DNA of 64,000 nucleotides from Giardia intestinalis (Eukaryota): NCBI GenBank assembly GCA_000002435.2, contig CM018792.1; one strand, 5' to 3'. Shown piece by piece: positions 54,199 to 64,000 of this stretch (position 1 is its first letter; each line of letters starts with the position of its first letter). The notes under the pieces were generated by a model. It saw only the letters and a program-made list of their open reading frames with translations, ran no database searches and was not told where the DNA came from. The position numbers and the translations under genes were made by a program.

Positions 54199-57100
54199 AT
54201 GCAGCCGGACGCCTACCTCCGCCGGCTCGGGCTCTTTGCGGCTGGCCGGCCCGCAGACGCGGCTCTGCTTCTCTCCCGCGACGAGCATGACGAGCTCCTC
54301 GGTCTGGCGGCCCGCGTCCTTCTACCGGCGGGATCACACCTCCTGCGCCAAAGGCTCGTTGACGCCGCCCTGAACTGGTTTGAGGAGCTTAGCAGCACCT
54401 ACGGCTTTGTGACAACAGACTTTCGGCAGCTACCGAATCAGTCCAAGGACACGGTGCACATCGAGGCCCGGGCCCGGTACGCCCTAGTCAGTCTCTTCTG
54501 CTGCATGATCCACGATGAAACGCCAGCCCATCGACTCCCATCTAGGGCTCCTGAGGCCAATTCAGACAGCTTTTCCAAGCTCTGTGAGTTTCTGCGCACA
54601 TCTCTTGATGAAGAGGAGCAGATCTATTGGGACAATATGGTTCTGTTTCTTTGTGACACACTTGCCTGGGTCTGCAATGTGAACATCAATGACGATGATG
54701 CTGATCTGGCTTGGGTCTATTCTCCTGACTTCTACTCAGATATCATAGTTACAGACAACATACTTGATCCCGCCTTCACAAATTCCGTTGAGTCCTCTAG
54801 CATCCCCTATTTGCGCTTTGAACAATATCCCAGGTTGTACAATACAGTGACGTACATATCGCGCTCCGTCCGGGGCCTGTACTATCACTCGCTGGCTGTT
54901 CTCTCCTCACTGCGACGAGTTGAGCACCTTATGCAGATATCCAACATTTCTTGCCGCCTTCTTCAGACACTATCATCCGTTATTGTCGACGAGTATCTTT
55001 CAGACAGTTCCAACGCCGTCGCATTCACTATGCATACGCCTACTCAAAGCAGTCACAGTATGTTCAGATCACGCAAGCTCTTTAAGCAGCATGAGACACT
55101 TATCATGAAGCTTTTGGGGTTTGCGACTGCTCTGGGGAATGCCTATGCTCAGGCCCTGGCAAGCTATTACTTCATTCATGCTGAGCTGTATATGATGGAT
55201 GCCACTGAAGAAGATATGAGCTTGTTGGAGGAGCTCATTAGCAACCTCTCCGAGGAGATAGCCGTCACCATAGTACGGTTTACTCGCGCATTTCTTGTTG
55301 AAGACGAACTCCAGCACAGCTCTGAGACAATCATAACATGGCTTCTAGATACAGATTTCCATTCTCCGGATGGAAGACAACGGTCCCATACACTCACGCG
55401 GGAATACGACCTCTTTCGATACGACGCTTTCTTTTACATAATGCTTGGGTTTATTTCACCCATTCGATCTGTTTGCAATTACTTTACAAGGGAGTTCGAC
55501 CTCCATGTGTATTCGTTCCGCAATTTTATGGAAACCAACGTTCCTCTTTCGTGTGTTTCAGAATTTCTTCTGTCGCGATTTTCAATAAAACGGCCGGCCT
55601 TAGGGCTCACTGCCATGTCACAGATGATCTTCTATGATATCTTCTTAGATGCATATGAACTTAGGAGTGATGAAGAGCTAGATATTCTCTTGACAGAATT
55701 TAAGCCATCCCTCCGAGACTCGTTAGAAAACTTAACCAATGAACCTCTTTCGCTGAGAATTCTTCGCTTTGTCTTGACATCTCCGTACTTCAATGACGCC
55801 TACAGCAATTCCTCAGAAGTAACTGCAACTAGACTATGCGCATGCACGAGCTATATAACCCCTAAATATCTCGCAAGCTCCCTATCTGGTCCTTCTAGTA
55901 TTCTTTTAATCGGTGAGTTTTTGGCCCAAACACTGGGCACATATAGCACCAGCCTCTATTTGGCCCGCTTCATACAGGCGGCTAAAGCATTGGACGACAA
56001 GATTGATAAGCCAATAAATGTTATGAAGGCATGGATAAGCATTTTTCGAGGATTGAAGCTGGCACAGGAGTATATTATTAACACACATCCTTTGGCGCTA
56101 TTCGAGTTGACAGATATGGATCCTTCCCAACCATTTTGTATACACGAATCCTTAGTTCTCTATAATTCCATTCTACCATCTTTTGTACTAGTGAGAGTTC
56201 CAGACACTAGTCTGTCCCATCAAATGAATGATGTTCTTGCGCAGCTGTTCGGAGAACTACTCTATTCTTTGGGATTAGCTTCCCAACTACATAGCATACC
56301 CAATACTTTGTTGCAAAAAGCCAAACCGACTCACACACTGGTACCAGCTAACACACTTATCCAGGAGATGTATATTCTCATATCAACCGCACACGATGAT
56401 AAGGATAACATATGGGCCTGTTCTGCCATGATTGACGGGCTTTTGTATACTCTAGAAGCGTTCACCCCACTCAGCAACAAGTACTCATATATTGACCATT
56501 GTCTGCTTCTAGATATGACGCTAAAATATGGTTCGTCCAAGCAAATAACTAGCATGCTCAATCGATTCTCTGCGCTAACTGCTGGGCCAGTCGTAATAGC
56601 AGACCTTATTGCAGGCATAATGTCAGGGAGTCGGAGGTCCAGTAGTTTAATCTCTAATCATATACTTTCATTTCAATATTCTCTTATAAACTTGACCAGT
56701 ATTACCAATGTAATCGATACGGAAGTGTGGACGCAGCTGCTTCGAGATAAACAGAGCCTTCTCCAGGTTACATGCGCCGAAGAATTGCCCCCTGACCTTG
56801 CAGATATTTTATATGAAATACTAATCGATGAAATACTTTGTGATGACAGTTGTATAAAGATACTCTTTGATCACAGACAATCACCACAACGACTAATGCG
56901 GCTTCCTATTTTTCGGCACTTCCCCCTAGAGATCGTCGCTGCTTTTCTCTCTGATCTCTTGCACTTGGTAGCCAGCGATTTCTCTTACTCTTTGGATACC
57001 AAGAATTCCACTGGATGCATTATTGATACAGAAAATCCGTTCCAGCTTCAGCGCAGCAATCCTCCTGTGCCACTAAGATCTCTGCTACTTACTTTCATCA

Positions 57101-60100
57101 AGTCTATGGAAGGTAATAGTGCACCAGTTGATTTGCAAATATTGTATTCTCTAGACTCATTTCAGACTCAATGCCAAGAGAAGAAGACGATTGCCTTTGG
57201 GGGTACAGTATTACATTTGCAATATCTTCTACATGGAGTTTTAGCACTCGCTGAAATATGCGCTTACCTAAACAACGTTACCTCATCATTACCCGGGTTT
57301 ACCGATATTTCTCGCTACATATCATTATTTGAAAAATCAACTGCATTAGGATATTCTGGAGTGTATTCATTCACAGACTCTCACGAGGTCAGTCGATTAC
57401 CTAAACCTGACAGCACGGAGAACAATACTCTTCCCGGCTTCACCAGATCGATTGATAGATGGACACAAAATACTATTGACATTCTGGCACACAATCCTAT
57501 ACTTGTTACCAGACTTATCAGTATTCGGTCCGCCATAATGTTGGTCGGACGAGAGCTGGCAAGGCAGGGCAGTGCCTTGCTGATAAAGCTGGAAGTGCTG
57601 TTAAACATAGGCGCATCCGGAGACTTTCTCTACAAACATACTACTCATCTATTTGAAACCCACGCAGAAAACAACCAAAAGGAGCTTAGCGGTGCTGAGA
57701 ATGACGCCATTAGTATGACTGCAATGAGATTGCTTGCCTGCTTTACACGAATAGTCAGAACAGACTTCTACGAATTCAATAAAAAGGAAAAGCTTCATCT
57801 TCTTCAATATGCTAGAACGCGTAATGAGTTCTTGCCCCACTATCAGCAGGCAACGGTACTGTCAGATACAATGTTAGAAGACGACGAGCATTACTTGTGG
57901 ACAAAAAACGCACTAGAGAACGTAATAAGCACCGGGATGACGACGATTTTCAGCATACCTCTTGCAGATCAGGCGTGCTACTACTTTCTACTTGCTTTTA
58001 TAAGCGGCAGGCCCCGAGACAATGCCAGCGAATTCATGTTTTCTTCATCAGTTGACCTGTGCATGGTTGTCCTAGCGTTATATAGCTCATTCCTGGTATG
58101 CTTATACTATCCAGAGAAAAAGGATGACACAGCAGCTCCCAAACGATCAGTGTTTCTTCGCACGGTCTATCTCCTGGGAAATTTTCTTTACCTCAATTTC
58201 AATCCTGTTCTTCGAAAAGCCAGCAAAGTTTTCCCAAACATTCCGACTGAAAATAGATCACCGTATCAGAAATCTCTTCATCTCAACAATGCAACGAGGT
58301 CTGAAGAAATGGCTTCCACAACTAATTGGGAAGAAACGGTTGCAGCCATGACCCTCACTATCCTGCTGCACATCCTCAAGAGATCACTAAGTGGTACAGA
58401 TAATCACACCATCAACATATTAGAATGGACTGTCCTAATCTCGTCAGAAACAGTCGAGTTCTTTACCCTGCTACTCTCTGCTCTTTCTGCCCTTTTTAAG
58501 TATTTTAACCAGTGCCTTCAATCCTCAGGTATGCTCTTATCTTCTAATCGATTTTCCTGCGACTCAGCTTTCGTTAGGGTGATCTCAATACAGTCACAGT
58601 TAAGATTGACCCTACATGCAACGATAGGGGATATGTTATCGACTCTTACTTTACCGTTGTCAGGACATGTTATAGGCTTGAAGGTGCCACAATACTCTTT
58701 ATTTATAAATATTTTGGAGGCCGAGAAAAGTGAAGCGCGTAGAGAGGCTATCGATCTTGATGAGGCTACACATAATAAGGCCATCAACTCCGTAGATGGT
58801 AGCCTAACCAAGGATCTTTTTAAAGAGCTCCATGGAAAGCATTTTTCCTTAAAAGAAAAAGTAGCATATGCCAGAGAAAATATATCTAGCTTAGCAATGC
58901 TCTCATATCGATATGCTAGGGAGCGAGCGCCGGCAAAGTCTCCGAAGAAGTTTCGGTTAATGTCTATGAAGGCTCTGCCTCCGCATCAGGTAGATGAAAA
59001 ACGTGTCTTAACGCTGTCCTTTTTCAGTGCCAATGATCTGCTGACTTTGCATGCCATCCATCCTTTCAACTCAAAGCTTTTGGTAGATCTTATTAAAACA
59101 CCTATATTTGCGTTTCCATTCTCTGACACGGCTTTCTGGGGGTCTATTCTTTGCACTAAGAATTGTGGACACGCACTCCTGAAACTCTTTATCAGAGCAT
59201 CTCTTGATGGGAGTCAATCTCTAATTCAGCTGCCACTACCCCTACTATATATGTCGAGATTGTCTCCGTATCTAGAGGTATCCATATTGGCAGAGAAACT
59301 CCTGACCAGGCGTTTTGGTTCCAATGGCTGGCAATCTTTAAATGCCTACTTAATGAATTCTTACCTAGCAGAAGCAGATATCCTTCTTTTGTCACTGCCG
59401 ACAGTTGAAGAACATAGCATATATGAAAGTGGCAACTATGACTTAGACTTTTTAATGTGGATTCGTGACAGCTTTCTTCGTGCAACAAGCGCTTTGTTTT
59501 GTACACTAAACCTTCAGGAAGATCATAAGAAGGCGTCTGGAATCTCCTTCTCAATTTGTCAAAGTTTGTTAAAGTACATAAAACCAGATAAATGGAGGGA
59601 GTATGCACTAAATTGGATTGAAACATCAGGGCTGAACACAGGGTTTTACAATTGTAACGTGGTAGATTTAGGTTCTTCTAAAGGACAAACTATGCATTGT
59701 GTGTTTGAGTGTATGGCGCTTGATGCTATAAAGTCACTATCCCAAGCCCCCGCCAACATTTCAACACTGTTAAGTAGAGAACTACAAAGGCGATTTTCAA
59801 AGGACGCGCGTACATCACTTTGCTACCTAGTGCTTCTATTCAATCCAACGGAATACATGAGGTATATTATTGACCAGTGGACGAAGGAGCCAGAGTGGTG
59901 CGGATCTCTCCTGGTTTATTTGGGATCTCCAATACATGATCTTCAACGATCATTACCTATAGAAGTAATGTTTATAAAGCTCTTTGATTTTGAAAACATA
60001 TTCAAGCCTTGGCTAAACTGCCCCTCCGCGGGGCATCTTCTTGAATTCTTCAATCAAACCACAGAAACTACTGTCTCACCAGAGGTAAAAAGCAGTCTTG

Positions 60101-61311
60101 ATAATGTCGACAAAATAGATCCTAAATATATTCCTAAAGACCTCATCTCTCGAATATACGAATATCAGAAAAACAAGTGCCTCTTCGGTCTCGTCACCAT
60201 AGTAACAATTGTGCTATCTTTGTTTCTTTCCGACAAGAATACAGAAAGCGAACTAAGCGGATTCCAATCCGCTGCTCTCAGTCTCTTCGCCGCTGCGTCC
60301 GACTTCTTTTATCTTGACGAGCTAGGAGCAAGCGATCCTATAGAAAGTTATTCGTCCTTATCTGGTTATCTATGCTATGCATCCCTAGATATTGTTGTAC
60401 TAGCTAATAAGATAGCAACTGCTGCAAGCTACAATTCATTTTTGAAACTTCCCAACTTGCACAACCAATTGTTATACTATAATTTTTCTCCAGTTCATAG
60501 TATCTCCCATCAAAGGGAGTCCAGCTTGCTGCAGTTTTTAACCGCGCAGACAGGGATTGTGACAATGCAGAAGAGATTAAAGCGAGGAGTGACATCAATT
60601 AGTTCGAAGTCCATCTTCATTGACGCATTTGTTTCATTCCTGGAGAAAATTCAGCATATGTTCAACGCCTCTGACGCGATATCAGTTTCTGGCATTGCTC
60701 CGATGATGATAACATTTTATCATGATATGCTACTTAATAAAGGATTCTCGTCTGTTCCTGCCCTAACAGTGGAGAAAGTTATTCAAGGTACTGTAGAGGC
60801 GTGTATGTCCAGCTCCGTCAGCAAAAGTGACATCCCGGTCACGTCAATCAAAGCGCTCATAGACATCCTAGCAATTAAGGCATGCAATTATACTTTATCA
60901 GGAGGTAGTCAGCATGAATTCCAGGCTGTCTCACAGACCCTCACGACCATATTCAGTAAGTGGGACCTTATGTTATTGTCGCCAAAAAGCTTAAAGATGC
61001 TAATTACCGATCTTTATATGATTCCATGCTCATACCCTATTCCCGATCTATCACACCAGATTGGCTTACTCGTTTTCCAAATTTTACGGCTACTTAGGAG
61101 GATGGACACAGATACTTTTCCATTACAAGCAGCACTTGCGGGCGCTGCTCTATTATGTGACGGAGATGATGTTGCAGCCATCGATATATTACAGTCACAC
61201 GGGTTTTCAAGCCTTCAAGGAAAGGAGAACGTAAAAGAGTGCATTACTGAATACATAGTATCGTCACCTATTGAACAAGCGATTCTAAGATTATTGAGTG
61301 ACACCACTTGA
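54199..61311 (+). CDS. giant hypothetical protein (up to 2370 aa; true start uncertain)
   Basis: Uninterrupted 7.1-kb ORF. The first ATG (54199) sits 7 nt after the tRNA and the first ~100 codons are GC-rich, so the real start may be downstream (e.g. M near 54505). No domain recognised; Leu-rich and helical. Confidence 0.65.
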   Translation: MQPDAYLRRLGLFAAGRPADAALLLSRDEHDELLGLAARVLLPAGSHLLRQRLVDAALNWFEELSSTYGFVTTDFRQLPNQSKDTVHIEARARYALVSLFCCMIHDETPAHRLPSRAPEANSDSFSKLCEFLRTSLDEEEQIYWDNMVLFLCDTLAWVCNVNINDDDADLAWVYSPDFYSDIIVTDNILDPAFTNSVESSSIPYLRFEQYPRLYNTVTYISRSVRGLYYHSLAVLSSLRRVEHLMQISNISCRLLQTLSSVIVDEYLSDSSNAVAFTMHTPTQSSHSMFRSRKLFKQHETLIMKLLGFATALGNAYAQALASYYFIHAELYMMDATEEDMSLLEELISNLSEEIAVTIVRFTRAFLVEDELQHSSETIITWLLDTDFHSPDGRQRSHTLTREYDLFRYDAFFYIMLGFISPIRSVCNYFTREFDLHVYSFRNFMETNVPLSCVSEFLLSRFSIKRPALGLTAMSQMIFYDIFLDAYELRSDEELDILLTEFKPSLRDSLENLTNEPLSLRILRFVLTSPYFNDAYSNSSEVTATRLCACTSYITPKYLASSLSGPSSILLIGEFLAQTLGTYSTSLYLARFIQAAKALDDKIDKPINVMKAWISIFRGLKLAQEYIINTHPLALFELTDMDPSQPFCIHESLVLYNSILPSFVLVRVPDTSLSHQMNDVLAQLFGELLYSLGLASQLHSIPNTLLQKAKPTHTLVPANTLIQEMYILISTAHDDKDNIWACSAMIDGLLYTLEAFTPLSNKYSYIDHCLLLDMTLKYGSSKQITSMLNRFSALTAGPVVIADLIAGIMSGSRRSSSLISNHILSFQYSLINLTSITNVIDTEVWTQLLRDKQSLLQVTCAEELPPDLADILYEILIDEILCDDSCIKILFDHRQSPQRLMRLPIFRHFPLEIVAAFLSDLLHLVASDFSYSLDTKNSTGCIIDTENPFQLQRSNPPVPLRSLLLTFIKSMEGNSAPVDLQILYSLDSFQTQCQEKKTIAFGGTVLHLQYLLHGVLALAEICAYLNNVTSSLPGFTDISRYISLFEKSTALGYSGVYSFTDSHEVSRLPKPDSTENNTLPGFTRSIDRWTQNTIDILAHNPILVTRLISIRSAIMLVGRELARQGSALLIKLEVLLNIGASGDFLYKHTTHLFETHAENNQKELSGAENDAISMTAMRLLACFTRIVRTDFYEFNKKEKLHLLQYARTRNEFLPHYQQATVLSDTMLEDDEHYLWTKNALENVISTGMTTIFSIPLADQACYYFLLAFISGRPRDNASEFMFSSSVDLCMVVLALYSSFLVCLYYPEKKDDTAAPKRSVFLRTVYLLGNFLYLNFNPVLRKASKVFPNIPTENRSPYQKSLHLNNATRSEEMASTTNWEETVAAMTLTILLHILKRSLSGTDNHTINILEWTVLISSETVEFFTLLLSALSALFKYFNQCLQSSGMLLSSNRFSCDSAFVRVISIQSQLRLTLHATIGDMLSTLTLPLSGHVIGLKVPQYSLFINILEAEKSEARREAIDLDEATHNKAINSVDGSLTKDLFKELHGKHFSLKEKVAYARENISSLAMLSYRYARERAPAKSPKKFRLMSMKALPPHQVDEKRVLTLSFFSANDLLTLHAIHPFNSKLLVDLIKTPIFAFPFSDTAFWGSILCTKNCGHALLKLFIRASLDGSQSLIQLPLPLLYMSRLSPYLEVSILAEKLLTRRFGSNGWQSLNAYLMNSYLAEADILLLSLPTVEEHSIYESGNYDLDFLMWIRDSFLRATSALFCTLNLQEDHKKASGISFSICQSLLKYIKPDKWREYALNWIETSGLNTGFYNCNVVDLGSSKGQTMHCVFECMALDAIKSLSQAPANISTLLSRELQRRFSKDARTSLCYLVLLFNPTEYMRYIIDQWTKEPEWCGSLLVYLGSPIHDLQRSLPIEVMFIKLFDFENIFKPWLNCPSAGHLLEFFNQTTETTVSPEVKSSLDNVDKIDPKYIPKDLISRIYEYQKNKCLFGLVTIVTIVLSLFLSDKNTESELSGFQSAALSLFAAASDFFYLDELGASDPIESYSSLSGYLCYASLDIVVLANKIATAASYNSFLKLPNLHNQLLYYNFSPVHSISHQRESSLLQFLTAQTGIVTMQKRLKRGVTSISSKSIFIDAFVSFLEKIQHMFNASDAISVSGIAPMMITFYHDMLLNKGFSSVPALTVEKVIQGTVEACMSSSVSKSDIPVTSIKALIDILAIKACNYTLSGGSQHEFQAVSQTLTTIFSKWDLMLLSPKSLKMLITDLYMIPCSYPIPDLSHQIGLLVFQILRLLRRMDTDTFPLQAALAGAALLCDGDDVAAIDILQSHGFSSLQGKENVKECITEYIVSSPIEQAILRLLSDTT

Positions 61312-61910
61312 TTGTACGGTCTTTCCCCCAAATCTTGCGTTTTTCCGCATTAAAAGTAGTTGATTATTAGTACAATCATCAATCATAAAACATATAATTA
61401 TCTATTTAAAAGATAGTAGGGCATGCATGCACAATGCTCAGTTGGGCAGATTATGTCAGCTATTGATCAAAACATGCAATCGTTGCTCAGGACCTGTACA
61501 GTCAGGTAAATATTAAATTTAGATTTTAGATATCTCTTACTCGATTGTTGACTTCACAATTGCTTTGCCGTAGGGGAGACTGCTTCCAGTAAACTAAACG
61601 GCATAACAGTTAAGCCACCCAGTGTCTAAGGTAGAGTTCTGTAAAAAACATGCTGGGGGTGGATTATCTACTAAGCTGTCTTTGTGCCATTTGATGCCAC
61701 AAGCTTTTACTGGACATCAAGCCAAAACCAGCAAAAAATCGTGACATTGATATGCCAACAGAGTCCGAGAAGTAGTCTAAACGTACCTAACAAGAGTAGC
61801 CATTGGATATAGAGCAGGCCTAATTGATAGTTGATGCTACTGGATACCATGCAGCCGGCAACCCTTCCAGTTCTTGTCAGTTGCCATCCAATCAAAATTT
61901 AAAATCAGGA

Positions 61911-64000
61911 ATGCCGCCACAGTTTCGATTTATTCAAGCCGATCCGGATGAATTTGATGATTTGGATGGATTCGATGTGGATTACGCTGGCGTTTTTAAC
62001 GGTGTAACAGCAAAGTATACGAATGTGGTCGATGATCTAGACTCACTATCCTTAAAGCAAGACCCCGTTCCTGCAGAGGCAAAGGCTCCAGAAAAACACA
62101 GGAAGAGAAAAAAGCGCTCTGCAAGTTCTGTTAAGCTAACTGAGGAGGCCCACACTTTGTCTCCTCGTTCCAACAAAAGGGATAGCAACAGATCCATTTC
62201 TGCTTATAGTCAGCAATTGGGAAAGGAGATTGAAGGACGCCGGTCAGTATCTGCAAGATCTCCATCTCCGCAACCGAAAACAGCTATTCAGCAAGTAAAA
62301 GAAGTCTCCGCATCCAGCGGCATGAACCGTGATAATGCGTCTACAGCAGTAATGGGAATAGAAGAGAAAGAGGAGAAAAAACACAGAAGGCGTAAAGTTA
62401 AGAAGCATACAGTCCAATCATATAAGAATGAGCCTACACCAGGTCCATTAACAGAGCATACCAATAACAACGCGTCTCTAGCCGAAGGTGACAATAAGGC
62501 TGGTATGGATGTGTCTCCTATCAATACTTGGAATCCGTACAAACAGGGGAAAACACCAAACCTTAGCTCTGCAGGCTTCGCCATATCTGCTTCCCCGATA
62601 AATCGGTCAATAGGAAGCAGGGGGTCGCATGTGGAGCCATATGCATCATCAACTCCCGCTATTCCAGAGCTAGAGTCGTTCTATGCCGATTTACCTATAG
62701 AACTGAATGATCCTGGCAACAATAGCCTTGCCAAGTCGATAGCACTTGACTTATCTGTCGCTGACGGTGCTAAAGAGACGTCAGTTGCCTCAGAGTTGAG
62801 CCTTCACGAGGGTCTCTCAGAACATCGTACAGGCAGCTCCACAAAGCTATCTGCACACTCTCCACTCTCCATACACTCTGCACTGGAAACTAAATCATTG
62901 ACAAGCAACATAGTAGGGCTATCTACGCCCAAAATTAAGTTTGAGGGCAACCAATCTGTAAAGGCAGACAATGCACCAGCTGCTCTTAGTGGCCACGCTG
63001 CTAGCCTTTCTGTTGAAGTTGCCGATGAAACCATATCTTTACGAGCCAGGATAAAGGAGCTAGAAGACGCACAAAAGGAGGTATTACTGCAAAAGATGGA
63101 AGAGGAAAAGAAGTCTCTCTTGATAGAGCAAAGTATGCTAGCATCAAGATTGGAGCAAGAGCGATCAAAGATAGCAGATATATCATATAAAATAGTACAC
63201 CATTCTGTCACTGCTAGTATGGTCGGGGAACCAGAAACAGACACTGAGAGAGGAGATGGACACAACCATATGGATCAAGATTTGGCAATCCTTGGGCCAG
63301 CACCTGGTGCAGACAGCAATCAGGGTGAGATTGTACTAACATCATCAAGCGGTAGACAAGATACGTTTCAAGAAACGTCAAAGGTCCAGTATAGTGTGGT
63401 AGCGAATGATTCCAAGCAAAGCTCTGCTATCTCAACTGTAAAATCCAGCCCAGGAAAAAGCGGACTTTGTCTGAATGAAAGTACACAACCCATAAAATCA
63501 AAATCTCTACACACCAGAAAGCGGAAAAAATATATCAGATCTTCCTCTACAAGTAGTCTAAGTACTGAGTCTTCTGACTCATCCACAGCCTCACAAGAGC
63601 GATATCACATTCACCGTATCAGATCCAAAGGCTCCTATCGATCGTATAGACGGCGATCAAAATCAGAATATAAGTACTTGTATGCATCTATAAAGGAAAT
63701 GGAAGCTCGGCAATTTGAACTGCTCGACCGGATTGCGGAACTAGCAAACGAAACGAAGACTGTCCGGAGTATTGGTACGGATAGCGTGCCCCTAGGTGCA
63801 TCTGTAACATCATCAGCTGAGCATTCTAATTCCGGATATGCACACCACGGGTCATTTCCGGTTATGACCCCTAACTTTGGCATGATGTCCCTTCCAGTAA
63901 TGCCCATGATGCCCATGGTGTCCCCCATGTGCATGACATCTATCAGTGGAGCTCCTTATCCACACATCTTACCTACAACCCCGCTCCAAGGACAGATCTT
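61911..64000 (+). CDS. hypothetical Ser/Pro-rich protein, partial (continues past window end)
   Basis: ATG at 61911 (MPPQFRFIQADPDEFDDLDGF...). Open to the window end with no stop, which is why it is missing from the ORF track. Low-complexity S/T-rich with basic patches and a short coiled coil (LRARIKELEDAQKEVLLQKMEEEKKSL). Confidence 0.55.
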   Translation, partial: MPPQFRFIQADPDEFDDLDGFDVDYAGVFNGVTAKYTNVVDDLDSLSLKQDPVPAEAKAPEKHRKRKKRSASSVKLTEEAHTLSPRSNKRDSNRSISAYSQQLGKEIEGRRSVSARSPSPQPKTAIQQVKEVSASSGMNRDNASTAVMGIEEKEEKKHRRRKVKKHTVQSYKNEPTPGPLTEHTNNNASLAEGDNKAGMDVSPINTWNPYKQGKTPNLSSAGFAISASPINRSIGSRGSHVEPYASSTPAIPELESFYADLPIELNDPGNNSLAKSIALDLSVADGAKETSVASELSLHEGLSEHRTGSSTKLSAHSPLSIHSALETKSLTSNIVGLSTPKIKFEGNQSVKADNAPAALSGHAASLSVEVADETISLRARIKELEDAQKEVLLQKMEEEKKSLLIEQSMLASRLEQERSKIADISYKIVHHSVTASMVGEPETDTERGDGHNHMDQDLAILGPAPGADSNQGEIVLTSSSGRQDTFQETSKVQYSVVANDSKQSSAISTVKSSPGKSGLCLNESTQPIKSKSLHTRKRKKYIRSSSTSSLSTESSDSSTASQERYHIHRIRSKGSYRSYRRRSKSEYKYLYASIKEMEARQFELLDRIAELANETKTVRSIGTDSVPLGASVTSSAEHSNSGYAHHGSFPVMTPNFGMMSLPVMPMMPMVSPMCMTSISGAPYPHILPTTPLQGQI

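Noticed and set aside
53250-54398. Minus-strand ORFs antisense to the PDI C-terminus and across the tRNA (53250..53513, 53662..54144, 53724..54050, 54023..54337, 54213..54398)
   Set aside because: GC-rich Ala/Arg/Gly-rich translations overlapping a strongly supported PDI and a tRNA; artefacts.
1-64000. Prokaryotic-style features (CRISPR arrays, operons, IS elements, rho-independent terminators, sigma-70 promoters)
   Set aside because: The sequence is eukaryotic (Giardia hallmarks: VSP CRGKA tail, AGTRAAY signals, spliceosomal intron, eukaryote-specific proteins such as separase, TBCD, kinesin, Derlin). No direct-repeat/spacer arrays or transposase genes were seen.

Overview
The window reads as a compact, gene-dense nuclear segment of Giardia intestinalis (lamblia). 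Four observations in the sequence support this: (1) the ORF at 28127..30094 is a cysteine-rich CXXC protein ending in the VSP-diagnostic tail ...CRGKA, followed by ACTCAGGTAGTGAAC (extended VSP poly(A) signal consensus ACTYAGRTAGTRAAY) overlapping its stop; (2) several stop codons are embedded in AGTAAAC poly(A) motifs (e.g. 47960..47966, 54053..54059); (3) intergenic spacers are very short and AT-rich just upstream of ATGs; (4) one gene carries a 32-nt intron with the Giardia-type 5' GTATGT and fused branch/acceptor CTAACACACAG. GC is near 50 % and genes lie on both strands, almost all intronless. I call about 40 protein genes, one tRNA-Gln(UUG), one VSP with a disrupted 5' end, and the spliced dynein light chain (roadblock/LC7) gene. 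The protein genes include UTP11, a tandem-Tudor SGF29-like protein, an Rpb7-family polymerase subunit, a Rossmann epimerase, a fold-type-IV PLP-like protein, deoxyribose-phosphate aldolase, tubulin cofactor D, Derlin, separase, an MRG/Eaf3-like protein, a kinesin, ankyrin (21.1-like) proteins, an HMG-box protein, Kae1/OSGEP, a charged coiled-coil protein, a TauE/SafE-like permease, a DYRK kinase, an EF-hand protein, protein disulfide isomerase, a PCIF1-like partial gene and several large hypothetical proteins. Many ORF-track starts are non-ATG (GTG/TTG); I moved starts to the first in-frame ATG where the N-terminus made sense. Coordinates I derived by hand (intron, tRNA, motifs) may be off by 1-2 nt. 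No prokaryotic systems (CRISPR, operons, IS elements) are present; operon reasoning does not apply to this eukaryote.
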